Below, in pieces: positions 10,286 to 19,119 of a stretch of 33,483 bases of DNA (positions are counted from its first letter, which is position 1; the number at the start of each line of letters is the position of its first letter). Under the pieces are notes generated by a model. That model ran no database searches, was not told the origin of the DNA, and worked only from the letters and a program-made list of their open reading frames with translations. Source of the DNA: a virus (Duplodnaviria; Caudoviricetes); IMG/VR virus record IMGVR_UViG_3300027887_000034, positions 1 to 33,483 of that record, one strand, 5' to 3'. The translations under genes and the position numbers were made by a program.

Positions 10286-10834
10286 TTATACATAAATACT
10301 GCCGTGGACAACGCATCTCTTTCTAATTTCATTTTTCTTAAATACGCCTTTACATTTATATCCATAAAAACTTCCATAAATTACTTCAGGAAGAAAATCT
10401 AATTTTGTTAAATTATAATCATTATTGACGCAAAAAACTCCATATACTATACGAGGGCATCCTCTAAGAGATTCTATAGCACTAACATTAAAATAACAAT
10501 CACCAAAACAATTGTTAAATTGAATAAAATCAGGAATTTTTTTAATAATATCACCTCTAATGCATAAAGGATCAGGATAATCAAGGCCCGATCCAGTTTT
10601 TAAATAGTCTAATGCGTCTTCCTTAGTTATGGGTTTACCTACATCTATACTTCCGTCTTCATTTATTTTATAACGTTCTATTTTATTATATTGGCCTGAA
10701 TCTTTTTCATAAATACTATTAACATATTTAATCCACTCAGAAATTAAATGATTTAATCCTATGTCCATATCTTTTATAGGATCACTCTCTTCACTAAACT
10801 TTTCTAGTATTATATGTTCTCTAACTATTACCAT
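10286..10834 (-). CDS. Tagged protein with LRR-like (SLRGCPRIVYGVF) repeats
   Basis: MVIVREHIILEKFSEESDPIKDMDIG leader; KINEDGSIDV; SLxGCP-type repeats. Confidence 0.75.
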   Translation of the reverse strand: MVIVREHIILEKFSEESDPIKDMDIGLNHLISEWIKYVNSIYEKDSGQYNKIERYKINEDGSIDVGKPITKEDALDYLKTGSGLDYPDPLCIRGDIIKKIPDFIQFNNCFGDCYFNVSAIESLRGCPRIVYGVFCVNNDYNLTKLDFLPEVIYGSFYGYKCKGVFKKNEIRKRCVVHGSIYV

Positions 10835-11187
10835 CTTCTTCCATATTCTTGTTCATCACTAAATCTATCTTGTTGCCATCTCTCTTCTTCTTGTCTTTGT
10901 CTTTCGTATTCATGTTCTTGCTCTCTTGCATAATATTCTTGAGCTTGTTGATCTTGTTCTTGTTGATAACACGAAAAACACTGCGCAGGTTTTATTTTTT
11001 TATTTCCAAATGCTTTAAATAATTGTTCTGCGTATTCAAGATCTCCACCTTCTAAATTATCACCATTTTTATCTATATAATTTCCACAGTCTATACATCT
11101 ATAAACATAATCTTGTGGTCCTATATTCATATCATGAATAGGATCAGATTCATCTTCAAATTTTTCATTAACAAATCGTGCTCTCAT
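10828..11187 (-). CDS. Tagged small protein with CxxC/CxxC and Q/E-rich tail
   Basis: MRARFVNEKFEDESDPIHDMNIG; CIDC...CFSC. Confidence 0.75.
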   Translation of the reverse strand: MRARFVNEKFEDESDPIHDMNIGPQDYVYRCIDCGNYIDKNGDNLEGGDLEYAEQLFKAFGNKKIKPAQCFSCYQQEQDQQAQEYYAREQEHEYERQRQEEERWQQDRFSDEQEYGRRW

Positions 11188-11996
11188 AATATTTTAATTA
11201 TAGCTGCTTTATTTCTTCTATTTTGAAAATATACACCTTTATATTCAGGCCATTGTGTAACTTTAAATAAATTTGCATGGCGTGATTCTATTTTTCTTAA
11301 TGCTTTTGATAAGCTTATAATTCCTACATCTGAAAAATATTTTGAGTCTATTCTAATTTTTCTAACTTTTGGATAAAATGTAACTAAACTCATTTCATAA
11401 GATTTTGGAGGTTTAAGCAAAGGAAATTCTTTTTCAATTTCTTCCCAAAAAAGATTTTTTATTGCATTAAATCCTATTCCCATATCTTTTATAGGATCGC
11501 TCTCTTTTGTGAATTTTTCATTTAAAGATTCTCTTATATTTATGCCTATAAATGTTTGAATTTTTTTAGGATCAGTATAACTTCGGCCAGCAGCCTTTGT
11601 ATCAGTTACCCAGTTTGTATAACGAGGATTTATAGGAATATAAATATAAGGAAATTGATCTGGATCCGCTAATTGCAAAGGCGTTATATTTTCAGCAGGA
11701 TATGGGTCTCCTAATACATTTTCGGCACCTATTTTTTTGATAATTTTTTTGTTATATTCTAACATAGGTTTTAATTGTAATAATTTGCTATTGTTTATTT
11801 TAGATACATTATGTGCAACAACAATTTTATTAGGATGTAACTTTATAGTCCAATAATATAAATTATCATTATCTGCTTCTAAAAATAATTCTGGTAATGA
11901 ATTTATAAATTTTTTTGCTCCAATGCCTAAGTCTATCACAGGATCTCCATCTTCTTCAAATTTCTCAAGTATAATATGTTCTTTAACCAATTTCAT
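11184..11996 (-). CDS. Two-module tagged polyprotein, unknown cargos
   Basis: N-terminal tag plus internal ESLNEKFTKESDPIKDMGIG. Confidence 0.75.
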   Translation of the reverse strand: MKLVKEHIILEKFEEDGDPVIDLGIGAKKFINSLPELFLEADNDNLYYWTIKLHPNKIVVAHNVSKINNSKLLQLKPMLEYNKKIIKKIGAENVLGDPYPAENITPLQLADPDQFPYIYIPINPRYTNWVTDTKAAGRSYTDPKKIQTFIGINIRESLNEKFTKESDPIKDMGIGFNAIKNLFWEEIEKEFPLLKPPKSYEMSLVTFYPKVRKIRIDSKYFSDVGIISLSKALRKIESRHANLFKVTQWPEYKGVYFQNRRNKAAIIKIL

Positions 11997-12003
11997 GCCT
12001 AAA

Positions 12004-12480
12004 TTATCCTTTTATAATTTTTATATTTTTAACTTTGCATACTTTTTTAATATTTTCTCTTATTTGTTTTGCATATTGTATATTAATGTAATAATTTTCT
12101 ATATAATATCTAATTTCTCCGTCTACTTGTTTTGGCATAAATTTTTGGTATTTATCAAAATCAAAACAACACGCAAAATCTCCTTTTATAACGCCAAATC
12201 TTATGTATTCTGGTAATGTTTCAAACTTATCAGATATATCTACCCAGCCATCAACATCAATAGTTAAATCATCTTCATTTATTTTAATACGTGATCTTTT
12301 TAAAATTTGTTGTTTGCATTTATCATATTGTTTAACTGCAGAGTTATCGTAGACTCTAAAAAAATGATCATTTTCATTAATCCATTTGTTTACTTTTTTT
12401 ATTAAACCAATACCCATATCTTGTATTGGATCGCCATCTTCTTCAAACTTTTCGTTAATATGTTCTCTAACTAATTTCAT
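12004..12480 (-). CDS. Tagged protein, paralog of 10286..10834
   Basis: MKLVREHINEKFEEDGDPIQDMGIG; KINEDDLTIDV...LPEYIRF..IKGDF. Confidence 0.75.
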   Translation of the reverse strand: MKLVREHINEKFEEDGDPIQDMGIGLIKKVNKWINENDHFFRVYDNSAVKQYDKCKQQILKRSRIKINEDDLTIDVDGWVDISDKFETLPEYIRFGVIKGDFACCFDFDKYQKFMPKQVDGEIRYYIENYYINIQYAKQIRENIKKVCKVKNIKIIKG

Positions 12481-13088
12481 GTCTTTTTACGATCTTTTAT
12501 ATACTCTTCAGCAAACATATCAGCCATATCATATTTTTTTTCCTTTAATGCTTGTCTAAGAGCACGATAATTAAATGCGTTTGGATTTGCACCTCTTTTT
12601 ATTAACCATTTTATTGTAGTAATATCATTATTTCTAATTGCATTTGCTAATTGCTCTGATCCTACTGCTTTTACACTAGCTCCACGTTGTATTAAAAATT
12701 CTGCTATATCAAAATTCTTGTATTGAATGGCAAGACCCAGGGCCATAGATCTATTACTATTTGCTTTTACTCCTTTATCTAAAAGAAATTTCATAAAATC
12801 CATTCCTCTAAGTACTGCATAACGTAAGTATTCATGATCTTTATCATTTAGATTAACTCCTGCAGATATTAATGCTTCAATTACATCTAGACCATATTTA
12901 TTTTTTGGAAGGCAAAATTCTAGTAAATCTTCTAATGTTATATTTTCGGGAGTTATTTTATACCAATCATAGCTGTTATCTTTTATGTATTCTTTTTTTA
13001 GTTGATCAATTAATCCTATACCCATTTGATGTATAGGATCACCATCTTCAATAAATTTTTCATTTATATGTTCTCTAATTAATTTCAT
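12477..13088 (-). CDS. Tagged ankyrin-repeat protein
   Basis: MKLIREHINEKFIEDGDPIHQMGIG; ankyrin repeats (ALGLAIQYKNFDIAEFLIQRGA). Confidence 0.8.
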   Translation of the reverse strand: MKLIREHINEKFIEDGDPIHQMGIGLIDQLKKEYIKDNSYDWYKITPENITLEDLLEFCLPKNKYGLDVIEALISAGVNLNDKDHEYLRYAVLRGMDFMKFLLDKGVKANSNRSMALGLAIQYKNFDIAEFLIQRGASVKAVGSEQLANAIRNNDITTIKWLIKRGANPNAFNYRALRQALKEKKYDMADMFAEEYIKDRKKT

Positions 13089-13552
13089 TCGTTTATTGTG
13101 ATAGCTCTATTATTTTTTCCTTTTTGTTGTTCAACAATAATATCATTAATAAAAATTTTCTTTATTTTTCCATCATCTAGTTTAAATAAGAATGCTTCGC
13201 CATTTCCCATTTTTGCTAATGGAATTCCATTATACACTTTATCTAAATCACCTTTGATACGAAATGTAAGTTCTCTTCTATTAATTTCTAACATTTGAAC
13301 TTCATTGTTTAAAGCAGCTTGTAGTTCATCACCATAACCATTGTCATCAACTTCAATTTCATCTGCGGTTTCCATATCTGATGTGTCAACATTAATATCT
13401 TCAATAGGTGTTTCTTCTTCATCTTGAAGATCATTCCACATATCAGGAGAATCGATACCTCTCATTCGTTCTGGTGATTTACCTTTTTTGGGTCTGCCTC
13501 TTTTGGAGAATTCATATAGAGATTCTTCAATAACCATAATTTTGTTTTTCAT
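13085..13552 (-). CDS. Acidic hypothetical protein (start probably 13552)
   Basis: ATG at 13552 abuts the upstream stop; N-terminal ESLYE site. Confidence 0.6.
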   Translation of the reverse strand: MKNKIMVIEESLYEFSKRGRPKKGKSPERMRGIDSPDMWNDLQDEEETPIEDINVDTSDMETADEIEVDDNGYGDELQAALNNEVQMLEINRRELTFRIKGDLDKVYNGIPLAKMGNGEAFLFKLDDGKIKKIFINDIIVEQQKGKNNRAITINE

Positions 13553-13553
13553 A

Positions 13554-13946
13554 TTATTTTTTAATTTTACGGCGTTTCTTTTTTCTTTTATTGTCATTAG
13601 CGCAATCTCCTAAATAATTAGGATTTTCTAATGGATATTTTTGAGAAATAGGTTTATTACCATCATTTCTAAAAGGCATTTGCATATTCTCTTTGGTAAA
13701 ATGTTTATGTAAATCTATATTATCTTTTGTTCTATCAATTGCAGTTTTTAAATTATAATAAGTCATTGGACGTGTGGGTTCACCTAATGAAGGTATGGCA
13801 TAATATCGCGTAGGATCACTTCCAACTTTTACTACTTTAATAGGAACTCCTTGATATTTAAAAATTTCAATTATCTTTTCATTCTTAAATGTCCAATCCC
13901 ATTTTACTTTAGGTGTTAAAGATTCATATACAAACTGCGCTCTCAT
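13554..13946 (-). CDS. Hypothetical protein with MRAQFVYE leader but no tag
   Basis: ATGA overlap with upstream gene; leader homologous to MRARFVNE and MRARLIYE. Confidence 0.65.
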   Translation of the reverse strand: MRAQFVYESLTPKVKWDWTFKNEKIIEIFKYQGVPIKVVKVGSDPTRYYAIPSLGEPTRPMTYYNLKTAIDRTKDNIDLHKHFTKENMQMPFRNDGNKPISQKYPLENPNYLGDCANDNKRKKKRRKIKK

Positions 13947-14266
13947 CCCCAAACTTTTATTTTGTCACTATCTAAACGATACTCATTACCTTCTTCATCT
14001 ACAAAATAATATGTATTCAATATTATTTTACCTTCAGATACTTTTTTAAGTTTAAATTTCCACATACCAAGTTCACCGTTTTTAGCAAAATAACCTTCTA
14101 TCGTTTTCCCATATAATTTTTTAAAAAACGTTAATTTACGTACATTTGCTTGATGCTGTATAAATTTCATTTCTTTTTTAATATCAATTTCAGCACCACC
14201 TATTTCCATATCTCTAATAGGATCTGATTGTTCTTCAAATTTTTCGTATATTAAACGTGCTCTCAA
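13943..14266 (-). CDS. Tagged small protein, first gene of the tag operon (TTG start)
   Basis: MRARLIYEKFEEQSDPIRDMEIG; directly after a late-type promoter. Confidence 0.75.
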   Translation of the reverse strand: MRARLIYEKFEEQSDPIRDMEIGGAEIDIKKEMKFIQHQANVRKLTFFKKLYGKTIEGYFAKNGELGMWKFKLKKVSEGKIILNTYYFVDEEGNEYRLDSDKIKVWG

Positions 14267-14277
14267 TATATTGTAAG

Positions 14278-14292
14278 TTTATTTTATATATT
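14278..14292 (-). promoter_or_regulatory. Late-type promoter (RATATATAAA-TAAA class) heading the tag operon
   Basis: AATATATAAAATAAA; similar elements at 3031, 7428, 10138, 17021, 23469, 24342, 25647(+), 29243, 30675, 32735; resembles T4 late TATAAATA. Confidence 0.6.
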
Positions 14293-14312
14293 TAAAAGAA
14301 AAAGGAGAATTC

Positions 14313-15998
14313 TCATTCTCCTTCATGTCCTTGACTCAATTTCTCTATAGTTAAATCACTAAATCCTGCGTTTTTGTTTATCTCTATTCTATAATCAAAT
14401 TGTTCAATGGGCAAAGGACTGTGATTAATGACAAATATGTTCATATTCATTTCTCTTGTTATCTTCTGGAGTAATCCAATAATGTCATATATTCCATCTC
14501 CATCAATTGATGATAGGACTTCATCTAACATGAATATGTTTAATCCTGGATATTTACGTTTTAACATTCTTATTATAGAAATCAAAACTGCAAGGTCAAC
14601 TCTTTTCTTTTCACCAGTGCTTAGAGTATCAACACCTATTTCGATTCCTAAATGATGTAACTCCGGTTCAAAATCTGAATTGAATGTTAAATTATATGGA
14701 AAGTGTAACTCAAGTAATGTATATGCTATTTCTTTATTAAGTGTAGGAAGATAACTTTCTAATATTTTCTTTTTAACTCCAGCATCTGAATACAATTGTT
14801 CAAGAATAGCTAAATACTTATATTCTTCATCATACTTAACTTTTTCATCATTTTTGGTTGTAAGATTTATTGTATTTTCAGATATAATATTTTGAATACT
14901 TGAAAATTCCTTTGGCTTATCAATTTTCAATTTATTCATTTCTTTTTCAATTGTATTATATGTTGTTTGAACCTGAATAATAAAATTGTTTATAGTTACT
15001 AAACCTGCTTTTATTTTATCTAAAGCAGCAGTATACTTAGCTTCATCTGAATTTATTGCAATTAAGCTTTCTCTTTTTCTTGTAATTTCTTCTTTCAATT
15101 TTCCTTTTATCAAATCAAATCTTGTATCATTAAACGGTGTTGCACAAGTTGGGCATTTTTCTTGTTTGAATAATTCTATTTGACTTTCAAGATGTTTTAT
15201 TTCATGTTGAACTTTCATTCTTTCCTGTTGAAAAATATTATATGATTTGTTTATTTCATCTCTTTTTCCTTCATATAACTTTTTCTTAGAAATGCCTTCT
15301 TCTAACTTAGGTTTATATAATTCTAATTGTTTAGCCAATTCTAATATTTTAACAGTATTATCTTGAGCTACTTTATCTTTAAGTTTTTGTAATTCTTTAA
15401 CTGCAATATCAATATTGTTTTTAAGCGTTAAGATTTCTCGATCAAAAAGATCCATATTTGTTTTAACATCTCGTAGATCCTTTTTAACTAACTCATTCAT
15501 TTTGTTAATGATTTCCATAGCGAAGAGCTTGTCGATAATGATTCTCTTATCATGCGGCGTCATCGATATGAAGGATTTAAATTCATTAATACTTAATGAG
15601 ATAATGTTCGAGAAGATGTGATATGGCAGTCCAGTGACCTCTAAATCAATATAATCTTGGTAATTTAATATACCTGACTTTCCTATGTCTTCTTCATTTT
15701 TATCAACTCGAAGATCAATTGCAGAAAAGTTTCTTTCAATTGTAATGACAGTATCAGGTGATACTTGATCTTCTCCACGAATCCACCCATGTTTGTTTAA
15801 GCGATTTGCAATTTCATCTTTCTTAAAGCGATCAAGACGCCCATAGTAAAGTATTTTTGGGAGATTAACAAAAAAGGACTTTCCATTTCCATTTTTTCCA
15901 AGAACCATCCAGAGTCCACCTTCATCAGGTAATTCGAGTGATTGAAGTTTATTTCCAAAGGGACCGATGTTTCTCCATTCAATTTTCTTTAACTTCAT
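14313..15998 (-). CDS. Recombination ATPase subunit, T4 gp46/SbcC/Rad50-like
   Basis: Walker A GKNGNGKS, coiled coils with CPTC zinc hook, signature LSTGEKKR, Walker B FMLDE, H-loop. Confidence 0.92.
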   Translation of the reverse strand: MKLKKIEWRNIGPFGNKLQSLELPDEGGLWMVLGKNGNGKSFFVNLPKILYYGRLDRFKKDEIANRLNKHGWIRGEDQVSPDTVITIERNFSAIDLRVDKNEEDIGKSGILNYQDYIDLEVTGLPYHIFSNIISLSINEFKSFISMTPHDKRIIIDKLFAMEIINKMNELVKKDLRDVKTNMDLFDREILTLKNNIDIAVKELQKLKDKVAQDNTVKILELAKQLELYKPKLEEGISKKKLYEGKRDEINKSYNIFQQERMKVQHEIKHLESQIELFKQEKCPTCATPFNDTRFDLIKGKLKEEITRKRESLIAINSDEAKYTAALDKIKAGLVTINNFIIQVQTTYNTIEKEMNKLKIDKPKEFSSIQNIISENTINLTTKNDEKVKYDEEYKYLAILEQLYSDAGVKKKILESYLPTLNKEIAYTLLELHFPYNLTFNSDFEPELHHLGIEIGVDTLSTGEKKRVDLAVLISIIRMLKRKYPGLNIFMLDEVLSSIDGDGIYDIIGLLQKITREMNMNIFVINHSPLPIEQFDYRIEINKNAGFSDLTIEKLSQGHEGE

Positions 15999-16042
15999 AA
16001 AAACGTATTTAATTTTATATAGAATAAATGAGATAAAGTTTT

Positions 16043-16066
16043 AAAAACAAAAAGGGCCGAAGCCCT
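16043..16066 (-). terminator. Rho-independent terminator with UUCG tetraloop
   Basis: Minus strand AGGGC-TTCG-GCCCT followed by TTTTGTTTTT. Confidence 0.85.
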
Positions 16067-16071
16067 CTTGC

Positions 16072-17025
16072 ATATAACCTTGTGACGATAATTTTTAATT
16101 AGAATTTTGTTCCGCAGTTTGGACAAAATTTGTGAGAAGATTTCTTTCTTTTAGCTCCACAATTCGTACAATAAACTGATAAGTCTTCTCGTACATATGG
16201 GCGTTGAGATTCAGGAAGAATTTTCCAAACCACTTTATTACACATCCATGAATTAAATGATGAGTAATCGGTATTAAGAGCTTGATTTGATATATCACCT
16301 TTTTCTACTCTACCAGTTTCAACTGGCTCACGAACTGCTGATTTAGAAGCTCCCACATCAACACTATTCGTACAACAATATCCAGCGTTAGTTATTGAAG
16401 AACTCGAAGAAGTTGAACTTATAGTTTCTGATGAACCTATACTTAGGCCACCTGTTCCTCCGTACATTGTCCATGTTGGTGTTGGCTCTGGTTGACTTGT
16501 GTAATGTGAGTGATAATGATAATGAGTTTCAGGCCAATAATAATTATACCTTAATGACGGTGAAGGCTGAGCTTCATCATAAAATTCAACTTCTACATCA
16601 CCATTGTTTCTGATAGCATCTCTTATACGAACGTCGCTGCTATCAACTTCATACGTTTCGAACTTAAATTTTCTAGCTTCATCAAGATATCTCTCAAGAA
16701 ACACTCTTTCACCTGGACGTAAAACAATTCCAGAACGAAAATAGGTTCCGTTCAATTTGATTTTAGCTAAAACTTTGTTAGATTTTGGATTAAAGAGTTC
16801 AAATTCGAACTCATCTCCATTTTTTAGATAAACGATGTTGTCATCGTACTGTTTTACTCTTTGTCTACCTTTGGTAATAAAAAGTGTGGGCTCAGTTGCC
16901 CCTTGCGCATAATAATTTTTTGTCATATTCCTTACATTTTTTAGTTATTTAAAAAGTTATTCATTGGTATTTCTCCAACTCAAATGTTCTTATAGAACAC
17001 TAACTCTTTAATCACAAGGTTATAT
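16072..17025. repeat. Perfect 14-bp inverted repeat flanking the 275-aa gene
   Basis: ATATAACCTTGTGA at 16072-16085 and TCACAAGGTTATAT at 17012-17025. Confidence 0.85.
16099..16926 (-). CDS. Hypothetical protein with Ser/Thr-rich linker and C-terminal zinc ribbon
   Basis: 275 aa; CTNCG...FCPNCG; has its own promoter and terminator. Confidence 0.75.
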   Translation of the reverse strand: MTKNYYAQGATEPTLFITKGRQRVKQYDDNIVYLKNGDEFEFELFNPKSNKVLAKIKLNGTYFRSGIVLRPGERVFLERYLDEARKFKFETYEVDSSDVRIRDAIRNNGDVEVEFYDEAQPSPSLRYNYYWPETHYHYHSHYTSQPEPTPTWTMYGGTGGLSIGSSETISSTSSSSSITNAGYCCTNSVDVGASKSAVREPVETGRVEKGDISNQALNTDYSSFNSWMCNKVVWKILPESQRPYVREDLSVYCTNCGAKRKKSSHKFCPNCGTKF

Positions 17026-17054
17026 TTTATATATCTTAGTGTGTTTCAAAAACA

Positions 17055-17516
17055 CTACTTTTCTTTTTTAATTTTTGATTCTACTGAAGTTTTTTTAGTT
17101 CCATTACTTTTGCCATTACCATTTGATTTTGACTTTTTTTCTTTTATGTATTTATTACAATTTATTACCGTTCTAGCTTTGGCTATCAAAATTTCAATAG
17201 GTCGTTTTTCATATCCAAATCTTGCTTCGCCTTCAACTAAAATATATAAATCTTCTTTAAGTTGATCGGCAACATTTTTTAAATTATCAAAATCGTGAGT
17301 TATATTTAAATCACCATACCATATTTTTCCGTAAGTTTTAGTAATGATATTAGCGTTAAAAATAACTAAATCTCCTTGGTGTTCTTTACAATAATCACCT
17401 TTATTTGCAGCTATCATTCGGCCCATTTCTAATCCGTTTGTTGCAAATATTACATAACAATCAGGGTTTTCTTGGAATTCTGATTCTAGAGATCCTCTTA
17501 AATTAGTTTCACTCAT
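17055..17516 (-). CDS. Hypothetical protein
   Basis: 153-aa ORF translationally coupled to the gp47-like gene. Confidence 0.65.
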   Translation of the reverse strand: MSETNLRGSLESEFQENPDCYVIFATNGLEMGRMIAANKGDYCKEHQGDLVIFNANIITKTYGKIWYGDLNITHDFDNLKNVADQLKEDLYILVEGEARFGYEKRPIEILIAKARTVINCNKYIKEKKSKSNGNGKSNGTKKTSVESKIKKEK

Positions 17517-18631
17517 TATTCAATGTCCTCCCGTGATGCTTTCTCGTAATATTTACGATTTAATAATTTTAGTTTTACCAGTATTTCTATCTGGTGCCCC
17601 AGGTCTGATAAACTTAATTCTAACAATGTAAGTATATCTTTAGTTTCGACACCATTTAACGCATCTGATAATTCATCATCAATTCGTTTTCTCTCTCCAA
17701 CTGTTTCTATCTTTTTATAGTTGCAGTCTCTTAATATATCTATAAATTTCGTTAAGTTAAATAAATGTATATATTTGTCAGGGACTATTATGTCTGTATA
17801 GTTGTTATTTAATAGTTTTATGGTGTCAGTTAATGAAAGTTCTAAAATATTCTCTAATAATATTCTTTGATATATTGGTGAATATGCATTAGGAACAAAT
17901 GAGTATACATTATTGTCAGGCTCAAATAAATATAAACCCTTCTCATTTGATATGTCAGATCTTTTGGTATGATAAGGAGATCCAATATAAATAAGATTTC
18001 CTATTTCTTGACGTTTATGAATATGACCAGAAAATAATTTCTTAATATTTTTAAATTTTGAAAAATCTGTGGCGTATAAAGATTTTATATCCTTTCCATT
18101 ATCATATTTAAATCCAGATATATTTGCATGTGTAAATATGTATTGACTTTTATTAGCTCTAACATAATTCTCTTCCATTTCTTTATTTCCAATCCACGGA
18201 AGAATTAAAATAGTAGAAGTTCCATTAGATATTATTGTGGGTTTTTCATAAATTGTAACATTAGGAATATATCTAAATGCAACAATTGAATTTACATCAG
18301 TATCATATTTCTTATAAATGTCATGATTTCCTGTAAGAAAATAAACCGGTAATATTTCAGATAAGTCAATGATAATATCAATTGACGTATTCATAACTAA
18401 AATATCTAATAATTGTCTATTATCAAACCAATCGCCTAAAATGAATAGAATATCTCCTTCTTTTACATTTTCTTTTAAATAAGGAATATAAAAATTTCTA
18501 AAAAATGATTCTTGATTATTTAACCATTCTATTGAATTTGCTCTTACTCCAAAATGTAAGTCAGATAAAAGAAATATGCGTTTATAGGGTATATTTTGAA
18601 CTTCTACTTTGAATTGTTTCAAATCACTCAT
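17516..18631 (-). CDS. Recombination nuclease subunit, T4 gp47/SbcD/Mre11-like
   Basis: Metallophosphoesterase motifs SDLHFG, LGDWFD, GNHD, FTH, GHIH. Confidence 0.92.
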   Translation of the reverse strand: MSDLKQFKVEVQNIPYKRIFLLSDLHFGVRANSIEWLNNQESFFRNFYIPYLKENVKEGDILFILGDWFDNRQLLDILVMNTSIDIIIDLSEILPVYFLTGNHDIYKKYDTDVNSIVAFRYIPNVTIYEKPTIISNGTSTILILPWIGNKEMEENYVRANKSQYIFTHANISGFKYDNGKDIKSLYATDFSKFKNIKKLFSGHIHKRQEIGNLIYIGSPYHTKRSDISNEKGLYLFEPDNNVYSFVPNAYSPIYQRILLENILELSLTDTIKLLNNNYTDIIVPDKYIHLFNLTKFIDILRDCNYKKIETVGERKRIDDELSDALNGVETKDILTLLELSLSDLGHQIEILVKLKLLNRKYYEKASREDIE

Positions 18632-18632
18632 A

Positions 18633-19106
18633 CTAGAAAAGTCTTTTTGTTTTTATCTTGTGTGTTAAACCATATTTTTCATTTAATTCTTTTAATAAAC
18701 ATTCTTTATCCATAACACCCACTTCATTATAAAGTTGGTCATAATTGACTTGAAAAAATTCTGCAAATGCAATGAAAATTTCCATATTTGTATATTTCTT
18801 TTCTTTTAAAAGTTGCTCTTTGAAATAATAATACATTTTTATTCTATCGTTACCATCCGCACGTTTAGGTTTTTTGTATTTTTCAAAGTAAGGAGATTTT
18901 TCAAATATTGCATACATTTCATCATCCAACATTTTTAATGTTCGATTTTCTATTATGTTATCTCCTAATTGATCTTCATAAAGAGAAAACACACTATCAT
19001 GAACTTTCATAGTTCCAAAATCTTCAAATGTTTGTTCTCCTTGATTATATGTGTTATTTATAATTTTATCTTCTCTTAATGGTTTTGCTTCTTCATTTTC
19101 ATTCAT
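18633..19106 (-). CDS. Hypothetical protein
   Basis: 157-aa ORF between the helicase and gp47-like genes. Confidence 0.65.
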   Translation of the reverse strand: MNENEEAKPLREDKIINNTYNQGEQTFEDFGTMKVHDSVFSLYEDQLGDNIIENRTLKMLDDEMYAIFEKSPYFEKYKKPKRADGNDRIKMYYYFKEQLLKEKKYTNMEIFIAFAEFFQVNYDQLYNEVGVMDKECLLKELNEKYGLTHKIKTKRLF

Positions 19107-19119
19107 GATTGTATATTTT

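Noticed and set aside
4948-14245. Tag-coding repeats as a CRISPR array or DNA-level repeat/attC sites
   Set aside because: Copies are always in frame, vary at synonymous positions, are irregularly spaced by hundreds of bp and are not palindromic; no cas or integrase gene is seen.
16950-17010. Hammerhead ribozyme
   Set aside because: The three-stem topology is present but the CUGANGA and GAAA core nucleotides are missing.
17055-18635. Stop-codon reassignment (TAG read-through) as in some large phages
   Set aside because: Genes are intact in code 11, and TAG ends ORFs at 17055 and 18633 right at gene boundaries.
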